NCBI GenBank assembly: GCA_964469935.1
Contig: CAYXZQ010000002.1
Span: 319-64,318 of the forward strand
Direction of reading: 5' to 3'
From: an uncultured Methanosarcinales archaeon
Lineage (GTDB): Archaea > Nanobdellota > Nanobdellia > Woesearchaeales > DSVV01
DNA length: 64,000 nucleotides
A program made the translations under genes and the position numbers. The notes under the pieces are model-generated. The model worked only from the letters and a program-made list of their open reading frames with translations. It did no database searches and had not been told where the DNA came from. The stretch's first letter is position 1, and every line of letters starts with the position of its first letter. Shown here piece after piece: positions 9,954-18,767 of this stretch.

Positions 9954-10573
9954 TGATAGCCATCATCGACTACGGGGCGAGCAACCTCAGGTCGGTCGCC
10001 AATGCCCTGGAGGCACTTGGCACTGAATTTTTCATATGCTCTGACCCTTCAGACCTGCCGAAGGCTGACGGCATGATCCTGCCCGGGGTGGGCGCGTTTG
10101 CCGACGGCATGGGCAAGCTTGAGAGGATGGGGATGAAGGATGCCCTGGAATCCGAGGTATTGGAAAAGAAGAAGCCTTATCTCGGGATATGCCTCGGCAT
10201 GCAGTTCCTCGGGGAAGAGAGCGAGGAGCACGGTCTTTGCAGGGGATTCGGCTGGATGAAGGGCCGGGTGAGGAAGATTAAGCACGTGGACGGCTTCAAG
10301 ATCCCTCACATGGGCTGGAACGACACCGAGCTCAGGGAGGACGTGCCGATATTTTCCGGCCTCGGTAAAAGCGGGGTATTCTATTATGTCCACAGCTATT
10401 TCTTTGATGCCGAGGAGAAAGATACGATAATCGCCACCACGTTCCATGCAGAGAAGCTGATCGCCGGGGTGCAGAAGGGCAACATCATAGGGGTCCAGTT
10501 CCACCCGGAAAAGAGCCAGGGCGCAGGGTTGATGCTCCTGAAGAATTTCGTAAGGTTCGTGAAAGATGGTTAA
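9950..10573 (+). CDS. Glutamine amidotransferase subunit, HisH-like (WbuY/AglY-like).
   Basis: 'MIAIIDYGASNLRSV', 'LPGVGAF', catalytic Cys in 'GICLGMQ' and 'VQFHPEKS' make the class-I GATase triad, as in imidazole glycerol phosphate synthase HisH. Confidence 0.8.
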   Translation: MMIAIIDYGASNLRSVANALEALGTEFFICSDPSDLPKADGMILPGVGAFADGMGKLERMGMKDALESEVLEKKKPYLGICLGMQFLGEESEEHGLCRGFGWMKGRVRKIKHVDGFKIPHMGWNDTELREDVPIFSGLGKSGVFYYVHSYFFDAEEKDTIIATTFHAEKLIAGVQKGNIIGVQFHPEKSQGAGLMLLKNFVRFVKDG

Positions 10574-11351
10574 GAACAGGCTCATAGCGTGCCTTCTCTG
10601 GAAGGACGGAATACTCGTGCAGAGCAGGAATTTCAGGCATACCAATGCAGTGGGCAACGCTTTTGTCGCTGTCGAGTTCTTCAACAACTGGGCGATCGAC
10701 GAGATAGTCATACTCAACGTGACCAGGGGGGGCCCGGAAAAGGAGAAGTTCGTGGATTCCATAAATGAGATCTCCAAGAGATGCTTTGTTCCGCTAAGCG
10801 TAGGCGGGTTCATAGATTCAGTCAAGGATATCAGGCTGCTTCTCGCATCAGGGGCGGACAAGGTGGTCATCAACACCATGGCATTCAGGAACAACAGCCT
10901 GGTGACCGAAGGGGCGAAAATGTTCGGGAGCCAGTGTATAGTCGTCTCCATCGATGCAAAGGGTGACGAGGTGTATGTTGCACAGGGATCAGAGGCTACA
11001 GGGCTGAAACCTGCCGCCTGGGCAAAGAGATGCGAGGAGCTCGGCGCAGGCGAGATATTCCTCACTTCTATCGAGCAGGACGGGCAGGGGAAGGGATATG
11101 ATCTTAAATTGATAGGCGAGGTTGCGGAAGCGGTCAGCATCCCTGTAATCGCATCAGGCGGAGTGGGGGAATGGAAGCATTTTGTCGAAGGCATAAAGGC
11201 CGGAGCTGATGCTGTGTCTGCAGCGAACATCTTCCATTATTCAGATCAGAGCACGAAGAAGGCAAAGAATTACATGAAGGAAGCGGGAATAGACGTGAGA
11301 GAGCCTGTATTCTATGACATAAAGACCCCGAGGCGCCCCAGGTATTTCTGA
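10566..11351 (+). CDS. Cyclase subunit, HisF-like (WbuZ/AglZ-like).
   Basis: 'RLIACLLWKDGILVQS', 'VPLSVGGFI', 'GADKVVINT' and 'IPVIASGGVG' form the HisF (beta/alpha)8 signature. It overlaps the HisH-like gene by 8 nt. Confidence 0.8.
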   Translation: MVKNRLIACLLWKDGILVQSRNFRHTNAVGNAFVAVEFFNNWAIDEIVILNVTRGGPEKEKFVDSINEISKRCFVPLSVGGFIDSVKDIRLLLASGADKVVINTMAFRNNSLVTEGAKMFGSQCIVVSIDAKGDEVYVAQGSEATGLKPAAWAKRCEELGAGEIFLTSIEQDGQGKGYDLKLIGEVAEAVSIPVIASGGVGEWKHFVEGIKAGADAVSAANIFHYSDQSTKKAKNYMKEAGIDVREPVFYDIKTPRRPRYF

Positions 11352-11385
11352 TATTGCTAAGTCAGAGTCCGTTTTCTGTCCCGCT

Positions 11386-12513
11386 TCAGAAGAATTCCTT
11401 TATACTGGTGATTATCGTATCAGTTTCCTCATCTGTGAGCCCCGGATAGATGGGTATGCTCAGTATCCTGCCGTAGAATTCCTCTGCTCTCGGGCAGAGC
11501 CCCCTTTCGTAACCGAGTCCCTGGTACAAAGGATGGAGGTACACGGGGATGTAGTGCACCTGGCAGTTTATACCGCTTTTCGACAGGTGCTCGAAAAGGC
11601 CGAGCCTCTTTTTTGGTGTGTCAAGCATTATGATGAATAGATGATATGCATGGGTCCGGTCATTCGGAACTCCGATGAGCTCTATCTCCCTGACCGGTCC
11701 GAGCTCTTTTTGATACTTCCCGGCAATCTTTTGCCTGTCCCTGATGAACCTTTCTGCCTTGGTCAGCTGTCCCAGGCCGAGCGCGCACTGGATGTCAGTC
11801 AGTCTGTAGTTGTACCCGAGCTCCTGGATCTCATGATACCATGGGCCGTCGGGCCTGCCCACAAATTCTTTCGGCTCCTTTGTGATGCCGTGGTTCCTGA
11901 GCTTTTTCAGCCTCTTGTAAATCTTTTCCGAATTGGTCGTTATCATGCCGCCTTCCCCGGTTGTCATGAGCTTGACAGGATGGAAGCTGAATGTGCACAT
12001 GTCAGAGTGCCTGCAATCCCCTATCCTTGAGCCTTTGTACTCTGCCCCTAGCGCGTGGGAGCAGTCCTCTATGACTGTGAGGCCGTGCTTTTTAGCGATA
12101 GCTGAGATTTGCTCCATGTTGCACGGAAGTCCTGCAAGATGCACGGGTATGAGAGCCCTGGTCTTCTTGGTTACAGATTTTTCGACCTCTTCAGGGTTTA
12201 TCAGGCCGTGCTTGTCGATATCGGCGAACACCGGCCTTGCCCCGCAGTAAAGCGCGCAGTTTGCGCTGGCGGCAAATGTTATCGGCGATGTTATGACCTC
12301 CCCTCCCTTCACGCCCGCCGCCAGGCAGGCCAGGTGCAGGGCTGCGGTGCCGTTGCTGACAGCGACTGCGAACCTGGCTCCGACAAACTCCGCGAACCTC
12401 TTCTCGAACCTGTCCACAAGCGGTCCTGTTGTCAAAAAATCGCTCCTGAGCACGTCTGATACTGCCTTTATGTCATCTTCGCCGATTGTCTGCCTGCCAT
12501 AGTTGATCGCCAT
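11386..12513 (-). CDS. DegT/DnrJ/EryC1/StrS-family PLP-dependent sugar aminotransferase (PseC/LegC-like).
   Basis: 'NGTAALHLACLAAG' and 'CTFSFHPVKLMTTGEGGMITT' (PLP-lysine motif SFHxxK) in a 375-aa protein. Confidence 0.85.
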   Translation of the reverse strand: MAINYGRQTIGEDDIKAVSDVLRSDFLTTGPLVDRFEKRFAEFVGARFAVAVSNGTAALHLACLAAGVKGGEVITSPITFAASANCALYCGARPVFADIDKHGLINPEEVEKSVTKKTRALIPVHLAGLPCNMEQISAIAKKHGLTVIEDCSHALGAEYKGSRIGDCRHSDMCTFSFHPVKLMTTGEGGMITTNSEKIYKRLKKLRNHGITKEPKEFVGRPDGPWYHEIQELGYNYRLTDIQCALGLGQLTKAERFIRDRQKIAGKYQKELGPVREIELIGVPNDRTHAYHLFIIMLDTPKKRLGLFEHLSKSGINCQVHYIPVYLHPLYQGLGYERGLCPRAEEFYGRILSIPIYPGLTDEETDTIITSIKEFF

Positions 12514-13812
12514 TCATACAACACCCTTGGACTTTGCGAAATCGCCTATCATCTTCTGGTAATGCCCCTTGTTCTCAAGGACCTTTGGAAAAGTTCTGTA
12601 GCGTGACCTGAAAAAATCGTATTTCCTGATGAAAGGCAGGTACAGTATCATGTAATGGACCATGTTGAATATCACAGTGTTGAGATACAGTCCAGGAGAA
12701 AAGCGCCTCTTCTTAGGCTTGTTCTTCTTCAGGAAACTGTCTATCTTCCGGGCTGTCCGAAACCCGTTCAGACCGTCCAGGTATTCCGATTTCATGCGGA
12801 CGAACCCTTTCCTGAACCCCGACCTGTCGTCGAATGCCTTGATATGTCCATACCTGTAGAATTCGTCGATGTAGGACTGAAGCTCCCCGATGCTGCCTGC
12901 GATGACATTCCCCTCGTGCATCCTGCTATACCATTTGCTGTAGTCCTCTGCCTCGGGGACGACCTGGATGACGGGCTTGCCGAGTATCCACGACTCGACA
13001 GATGTTGTGCTGTCATACACCAGCCAGATGTCTGAGACGTTTATGAGGTCGTAGATGTTCTCCTCGTACTGCATGACGATTGCGTTGTCCAGCTCCGACC
13101 ATTCGTCCAGGATCTCGAGGACCCCTGGCAGGAGGCCCGGATGCTTCTTGAAGATGAACAGGATGTCGGGATTGTCGGCCAGGGCCCTTCCGAGAACGTC
13201 CCTGACGAACTCCAGGTCGAGCTTCCTGCGCTCGACCTCCTCATCTGAATATTCAAAGGGATTCGTCTCCCTTCTTTTCTCGTCGACGAAATAGCTGAAG
13301 TTCCAGCCGGCATAGGTCAAGACCTTGCTGAATCTCGTCTTGCCGTATTTTTTCAGGAGCGTCTTCTTGTCCTTGTATTTCATCCACCTGTACTTGTCAA
13401 AGCCCACTGCCCCTGACACGTCTATCACTCCCTTGTAATCCGGGCAGTCGGCAAGGACGTCTTCTTTTATCTTCCTGTTCCAGACAAACCTCAGGTCGAC
13501 GTTCATCTCCCTCCTGGTGTTGTAGCCCCAGAATGTGTCGAGGACCTGGGACTCGTGGTTGGACTCTGCGCTCAGCGAGACCGTGGTCATTCCGAGTCTC
13601 TTTGCGTACCTGGCGAACATGACCGCGTAAAAATCCCCGTTCGCGTCGGTGAGAAGGAGATATTTCGGCCTGTGCCTGAAGAGGGCGTGCAGGTCGAAAT
13701 GAGGGACGACCTTGACAGAATAACCCCCTCTCTCGAGATAGTACATCACGTTGTACAGGACAAGGGTGTCCCGCTCGACGTATCCCACCTGCGGAACGAG
13801 GATGTCCACCAT
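12514..13812 (-). CDS. TagF/TagB-like CDP-alcohol (glycerol/ribitol-phosphate) phosphotransferase family protein. It may instead be a related GT-B capsule/nonulosonic-acid transferase.
   Basis: 'IFKKHPGLLPG' (KxHP motif) and 'IYDLINVSDIWLVYDSTTSVESWILGKPVIQV' resemble the Glyphos_transf catalytic core ('D...LITDYSS...E...KP.I'). Confidence 0.45.
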   Translation of the reverse strand: MVDILVPQVGYVERDTLVLYNVMYYLERGGYSVKVVPHFDLHALFRHRPKYLLLTDANGDFYAVMFARYAKRLGMTTVSLSAESNHESQVLDTFWGYNTRREMNVDLRFVWNRKIKEDVLADCPDYKGVIDVSGAVGFDKYRWMKYKDKKTLLKKYGKTRFSKVLTYAGWNFSYFVDEKRRETNPFEYSDEEVERRKLDLEFVRDVLGRALADNPDILFIFKKHPGLLPGVLEILDEWSELDNAIVMQYEENIYDLINVSDIWLVYDSTTSVESWILGKPVIQVVPEAEDYSKWYSRMHEGNVIAGSIGELQSYIDEFYRYGHIKAFDDRSGFRKGFVRMKSEYLDGLNGFRTARKIDSFLKKNKPKKRRFSPGLYLNTVIFNMVHYMILYLPFIRKYDFFRSRYRTFPKVLENKGHYQKMIGDFAKSKGVV

Positions 13813-13813
13813 T

Positions 13814-14863
13814 TTACAAGAGTCCCTGGCTCCGGAAGAAATCCTCGGCCTCGTCCCTGCTGATGAGATTGTCCTTCGAGCTGTATTCGTCCATGTCCTT
13901 CTCTGTCATCTTCCTGCCCTTGAAATAAGCAGGCTTCCTGTCGTCTATATACTTCTCTATCTGCGATACTATGATGTAGTTTCCCTTGTATTCGTACGTC
14001 CTGGGCACTTCGCTGGAGTTGATCATCACCTCATGGAGCTTCTCGCCGGGTCTTATGCCGATTACCTCCACGCTGTTTTTGCTCCTGTTCTTGGATTTGA
14101 GTATGTCGATAAGGTCTATTATCCTGAAGGAAGGCAGTCTCGGGACAAAGACCTCCCCTCCTCGGCCTGTCTCGAATGCGTCGAATATGAGCTTGACAGC
14201 CTGCTCAGGGGTGATGATGAAGCGCGTCATGCGCTCGTCGGTCAGGGGTATCTTGTCCCCGTTCCTTATCTTCTCCTCGAAGAACGGGATGACAGAGCCG
14301 GTGCTCTCAAGCACGTTGCCGTACCTCACGCAAAGGAACCTGGTCGGGCACGTGCCCTTGTTGTAATTGCTCTCGATGAATATCCTCTCGCCGACGAACT
14401 TTGATGCCCCGTAGGTATTCACGGGAGAGCATGCCTTGTCAGTCGAGACGAAGACGGCTTTCTCGACCCTGTTTGCGAGGCATGCATTGACCACGTTGAG
14501 CGTGCCGAGGATGTTTGTCTTGATCGATTCCTCCACATTGTACTCGATCATGTCCAGCCTCTTCAGGGCTGCGGCATGGATGACGATGTCTGCGTCCCGC
14601 ATGGCCTTGTGCAGCCTCTCATAATCCCTCACGTCTCCTATCAGGTTCCTGAGCCTCGGGTCATTGCCGAAAAGCTCCTGGGTTCTGTGATGCTTGACCT
14701 CGTCCCTGGAAAAGAGCCTGATGCTCTGGGGCTTTTGCTTGAGCAGCTCTTTTGTCAGGGCGATCCCGAGATATCCCGTGCCCCCTGTTATCAGTATGGT
14801 CTTGTCCTTGAAAATCTTGCTCGCCTCCGGCCGGATATGTATGGAAACAGTGCCCGTCTCCAC
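13814..14863 (-). CDS. UDP-N-acetylglucosamine 4,6-dehydratase (CapD/PseB/LegB family SDR).
   Basis: 'ILITGGTGYLG' Rossmann motif. 'STDKACSPVNTYGASK' matches the CapD/FlaA1 catalytic S-Y-K region. It is 349 aa. Confidence 0.85.
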   Translation of the reverse strand: METGTVSIHIRPEASKIFKDKTILITGGTGYLGIALTKELLKQKPQSIRLFSRDEVKHHRTQELFGNDPRLRNLIGDVRDYERLHKAMRDADIVIHAAALKRLDMIEYNVEESIKTNILGTLNVVNACLANRVEKAVFVSTDKACSPVNTYGASKFVGERIFIESNYNKGTCPTRFLCVRYGNVLESTGSVIPFFEEKIRNGDKIPLTDERMTRFIITPEQAVKLIFDAFETGRGGEVFVPRLPSFRIIDLIDILKSKNRSKNSVEVIGIRPGEKLHEVMINSSEVPRTYEYKGNYIIVSQIEKYIDDRKPAYFKGRKMTEKDMDEYSSKDNLISRDEAEDFFRSQGLL

Positions 14864-14940
14864 GCCAATATGATGCTATGAACCCTGGATGACTTATAAA
14901 TTTTATGCACATCAGGTAAAGCCCGCCCTGCCTTTTGCCT

Positions 14941-16473
14941 TCATGTCCTGAATATGAGGCCCGGGTCGAGCCTGGAAATGTTTGTCCAGATGTCCCTTAC
15001 AAAGATCTTGTACAGCATCGAGATGACCTTTGTCTTCCTGTCGACATAAAAGAGGAGCGGGATGTTCAGTATGCAGAATATCACGTATTTCACAGCCGGC
15101 ACGACGAACGATGCGAGGCCTTCGCCTGCGGAATAGTCGAAGAGGCCGAGCACGTAGAAGAGCAGCGCCATGTAGGCGAAAGGGAAAACGTACATGCCTG
15201 TGGATTTGAGAATGTCCGGGACATTGAATCTCAGCGTCTTCAGGGTGTAGAAGCAGAAAATGAAGAACTCGATGAGATAGGCGATAAGCGTAGCGAGCGC
15301 GACGCCCAGGAGGCCGTAGCCCTGGCTGATGTATATTATGTTGAGGACCAGCACGAAAGCGATCATCATGGTCCTTATGGCGATGATGTTCCATTCGAAG
15401 TTTATCGAGATCAGAAAATTCGTTATCGGGATCTTGGCTGATGCGAAGAAGGCGGCAAACATAAGGATGTACACTATAGGGATCGCGGGTATGTATTTTG
15501 GGACAAAAAAGTTCACGAACGGGTTCAGGAAGAAGAATGCGCCTGCGATGATGAAGGGAATGGAGTAGGCTATGACCGTTGTGGGCACCAGTATGTAGTT
15601 CTTCATCTTCGAGTATGAGTTCCACCTGCCGTACGCCTCGATCTGTCTCGGGAACATGACGCCACCTATGGCCTGCGGTATGTAGCCGACTATCTCGATG
15701 ATGAACACCGCAAAGCCGTAGTATCCCAGCAGGGTCGTTGTGTAGAACCTTATCACCATCCATTTGTCGACTGTCAGGAAGGCTGTGGATATTATGTATA
15801 CCAGGGCAGGGAGGATGCCTGATTTTATCATGAGTGTCAGCGCCTTTTTTCTCATGTTCTTCGGGCTGAAGCTGAATTTATAAGGGGCGATGACGAGTCC
15901 TGTAACCGTTGTTATGATGTATGATATTATGAATGCCGCAAGGACGCCGTCGAGCCCGTATGGTCCGGCCAAAAGCAGCACGAGGATGAGCTTGCTTGCC
16001 GAGAGGACGACATTGAGGATGCCCGCTGCCCAGAATTTCTTGTCGATCCTGAGGAAATTGAGCTGGAAGAAGTTGAAGTGCTGGAAGAGGATGATTGCGG
16101 AGAGCAGCCTCAGCCCTGTCAGGGTCTCATGGCTGTAGTTGAGGATGAATGAGCTGATGAAGGCTCCGACAGCTATCAGGAGCATGATGTAGAACGTCGG
16201 GCCGAAAGTGAGGTCCCTGACCTCCTGGATCTCCTTGTCGCTCCTGCCCCTTCCCCTTATGAAGGGTATCCTCTTGTAGCTTGCGGAGTACAGCGGAAGG
16301 AACGCGAACCTGGTGTATTCGAGCACCAGCATGAGCGCCGAGTACAGCCCGAACAGCGAGACAGAAAGCTGCTTTAGGAGATAGGTCGTGGTGATCACGA
16401 CAAGAAAGAACGACGTGTACTTGCATACAGAGAACACGACCGTATCCTTGATTATCGAATGTTCCTCGCCCAT
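14941..16473 (-). CDS. Wzx-like oligosaccharide/polysaccharide flippase (MOP superfamily).
   Basis: 510 aa, roughly 12-14 predicted hydrophobic helices, no soluble domain. A TATA-like 'tttttata' lies about 30 nt upstream of the ATG. Confidence 0.65.
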   Translation of the reverse strand: MGEEHSIIKDTVVFSVCKYTSFFLVVITTTYLLKQLSVSLFGLYSALMLVLEYTRFAFLPLYSASYKRIPFIRGRGRSDKEIQEVRDLTFGPTFYIMLLIAVGAFISSFILNYSHETLTGLRLLSAIILFQHFNFFQLNFLRIDKKFWAAGILNVVLSASKLILVLLLAGPYGLDGVLAAFIISYIITTVTGLVIAPYKFSFSPKNMRKKALTLMIKSGILPALVYIISTAFLTVDKWMVIRFYTTTLLGYYGFAVFIIEIVGYIPQAIGGVMFPRQIEAYGRWNSYSKMKNYILVPTTVIAYSIPFIIAGAFFFLNPFVNFFVPKYIPAIPIVYILMFAAFFASAKIPITNFLISINFEWNIIAIRTMMIAFVLVLNIIYISQGYGLLGVALATLIAYLIEFFIFCFYTLKTLRFNVPDILKSTGMYVFPFAYMALLFYVLGLFDYSAGEGLASFVVPAVKYVIFCILNIPLLFYVDRKTKVISMLYKIFVRDIWTNISRLDPGLIFRT

Positions 16474-16569
16474 GAGTGCAGAGATTGGGCGTGCAGTATA
16501 AAAATTTTATGAACAGGCGGATTAATCGATGTCATAGGCTGTGTTCTTCAGCGACAGGCTCGATTCAAG

Positions 16570-17517
16570 TTAATTTAGGTTTTTGTATTGTTCCAGACCT
16601 GTTGTTATGGACGAATATCCCTGTTCGAAGAAGGCTTCGTCCTGTTCAAGGAGGCTAATGTATCTTTCCGCGTACTCAGAGGCCTTGGAATTGCCGTTGG
16701 TCACATAGGCATGCAGTGCCTTGACGCTTTCACAGAAACCTGCAGGTATTAGCGAATCAAGGACACTTAATATCGCCATTCCGAATCCCACCTCGTTCAG
16801 CACTGTCTTGTCAGGGTTTTGGATCTCATACAGGTCCCTGTCAATAAGGTTGTCTGTCGCATCAGCCAGGAGCGCTATCGCATGCGCAGGGTCGCCATAC
16901 CTGCTGATATTGTAAATCCTTGAGCTCCGCTTGTACCTCTTGATGGTACATTCATCCAGGATGGCTGCTATGTCGGGATCATCCAGCCTCTTCATGATAT
17001 TCAGGGGCGTCGTATGGATAAGGGCGGACTCGTGAGCGAGCCTGCTATCCTGTGTCGTGCCGTTCTCCCGGAGATGTGTCAGCAGGAGGATGTAATTGTT
17101 GCCGAAGCCCTCGTCCAAGAAATCATGGTTTATCACCGACGTCATCGAACTGTCATAGATCGGATCGTCATGGTCGAGCAGTTCGCCGAGGATCATGCTG
17201 GACCTGTACGGATGTATCGAGTAAGGCCGTTTCAATCCGTATTTGTCAGGATAGTCCCTTTTCGTCTTGCTGAGGCACTGGATATTGGTTATCAGGTCCT
17301 CTATGTGATGGGCAGAGAATATCCTTTCTTTGCCTGAATTTGATATTTTTGCCAGCCACCCCTTCATGGCTTTCTCATATTTCAGAAAACGCTCATGGTG
17401 TGACGGCACTTTCAGGCCATTGTTGAGCATCAGGTCATAATGATACAGGACCGCCAGGAAGTTCTCTTCCTGTATCCTGAGCCAGTCGATAAAATCAGCC
17501 GCTTCCATCCTTATCAA
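16570..17517 (-). CDS. Hypothetical protein (315 aa). No recognisable motif. It sits inside the glycan operon between the flippase and GT4.
   Basis: Soluble, Asp/Glu/His-rich. No Rossmann, P-loop, GT or sulfotransferase PSB signature was recognisable by eye. Position implies a glycan-modifying role. Confidence 0.4.
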   Translation of the reverse strand: MIRMEAADFIDWLRIQEENFLAVLYHYDLMLNNGLKVPSHHERFLKYEKAMKGWLAKISNSGKERIFSAHHIEDLITNIQCLSKTKRDYPDKYGLKRPYSIHPYRSSMILGELLDHDDPIYDSSMTSVINHDFLDEGFGNNYILLLTHLRENGTTQDSRLAHESALIHTTPLNIMKRLDDPDIAAILDECTIKRYKRSSRIYNISRYGDPAHAIALLADATDNLIDRDLYEIQNPDKTVLNEVGFGMAILSVLDSLIPAGFCESVKALHAYVTNGNSKASEYAERYISLLEQDEAFFEQGYSSITTGLEQYKNLN

Positions 17518-17581
17518 ATCAATCTACCAGAACCTCTTTGAATCCAGGGAAAACAGGATATTTATAAAATTAACCGAACAG

Positions 17582-18721
17582 TCATCTGCTGTTTTTCTCA
17601 AGGACACGTTCCATGTCCTCGCAGATCTTCTTCCAGTTGAAATTGTCCTGGACAAACTGCCTTCCCTGCTTGCCGAGCATGTCCCTGAGTATCTGGTCAT
17701 GGTAGAGTGCGCTTATCTGCTTCTCCCATTCCCTCACTGTCGACGCGTAGAGGACCCTGTCGCCGAGCATCGACCTTATCTCGTTCAGCTTCGAGCAGAT
17801 CGCGGGCTTCTCGCAGGAGAGGTATTCGAGGAGCTTGAGCGGGCAAGTGCCGTCAGTAACCCTGTTCTTCCTGAAAGGCACCGTCGTTATGTCCATCCTG
17901 TTGATATAGCGGGGGACATCGGAATAAGGGATATTGCCTGTAAATGTCACGATGCTCTCCATCCTCTCCTTTTTGACGAACTCCTTGTATCTCGGCAGGT
18001 CCTCTTCCCCGCCCACGACAAGGATATTTATCCTGTAGCCCTTGAGGTTCTTCACTGCAAGCAGCATCGGCCTGAGATCGACCCATTCACGCAGGGCGCC
18101 GAGATAACCGACGACAACTCCTTTGTGCTTTGCCTGCAGGGGACGGAACCTCCTCAGGTCCACTCCGTTCGGGATGTAAAGATGCCTAAACCTCTCTAGG
18201 TCGAGATTGCCTATGAGCTCTCTTGCAGACACTGTCACGATTGCTGCTTTGTTGAGGTTCTTCTCAAGCATGATGCTACCGAAATACCCTGCGAACGGCC
18301 GAAGGAATGCTGGTATCTGCGTGCTGCTCCTGAGCATGTCAGGCATGTCGTCTGCAAGGTCGTAGACTGTCTTTATGCCGTGCTTTTTCAGCCTCTTCGA
18401 TATCAGGTAGCTCAGTATAAGGCTGTTGTAAGCGAGATGGACATCCACTTTTTCGAGGTTGATTCCCTTCAGAAGCCTGCTTATGGAGAAATATGCCTTG
18501 CCCTTCTGGAGTATTGGGCTCAGCTCCCTGTCAGTGATATATCGGATCTTGATCTTTTTTATGAGCGCCTGGTTCTGCCTGACCCCCCTGTGCTTCCAGG
18601 AGTCCCTGAGGCTTATCACGATAACCTTGTGGCCTTTTGCAAGAAGATGCTCTATGAAATGATGAAGCCTGGAGTAGGAAGTCTTCTCGAGGTCTATTAT
18701 GGATGTTATCAAAATGTTCAT
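17582..18721 (-). CDS. Glycosyltransferase family 4.
   Basis: C-terminal 'EYLSCEKPAICSKLNEIRSMLGDRVLYAS' and 'VVGGEED' are GT4-like. The likely true start is MNILITS (18721). The ORF-track start at 18829 would overlap the 2-epimerase. Confidence 0.7.
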   Translation of the reverse strand: MNILITSIIDLEKTSYSRLHHFIEHLLAKGHKVIVISLRDSWKHRGVRQNQALIKKIKIRYITDRELSPILQKGKAYFSISRLLKGINLEKVDVHLAYNSLILSYLISKRLKKHGIKTVYDLADDMPDMLRSSTQIPAFLRPFAGYFGSIMLEKNLNKAAIVTVSARELIGNLDLERFRHLYIPNGVDLRRFRPLQAKHKGVVVGYLGALREWVDLRPMLLAVKNLKGYRINILVVGGEEDLPRYKEFVKKERMESIVTFTGNIPYSDVPRYINRMDITTVPFRKNRVTDGTCPLKLLEYLSCEKPAICSKLNEIRSMLGDRVLYASTVREWEKQISALYHDQILRDMLGKQGRQFVQDNFNWKKICEDMERVLEKNSR

Positions 18722-18767
18722 GCAGAAAGGGATTTTTGGTCTATTTAATAATCTTTTGGGGTTTTTT

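Noticed and set aside
10049-11230. A 393-aa minus-strand ORF, and many similar long antisense ORFs, for example 140-715(-), 9258-9920(-), 13751-14404(+), 14912-15763(-), 22925-23740(+), 57270-58034(-) and 37683-38576(-).
   Set aside because: They are fully embedded opposite genes with strong family signatures. Their translations are low-complexity (Pro/Ser/Arg/His-rich), lack any motif, and look like artefacts of reading the complement of codon-biased genes.
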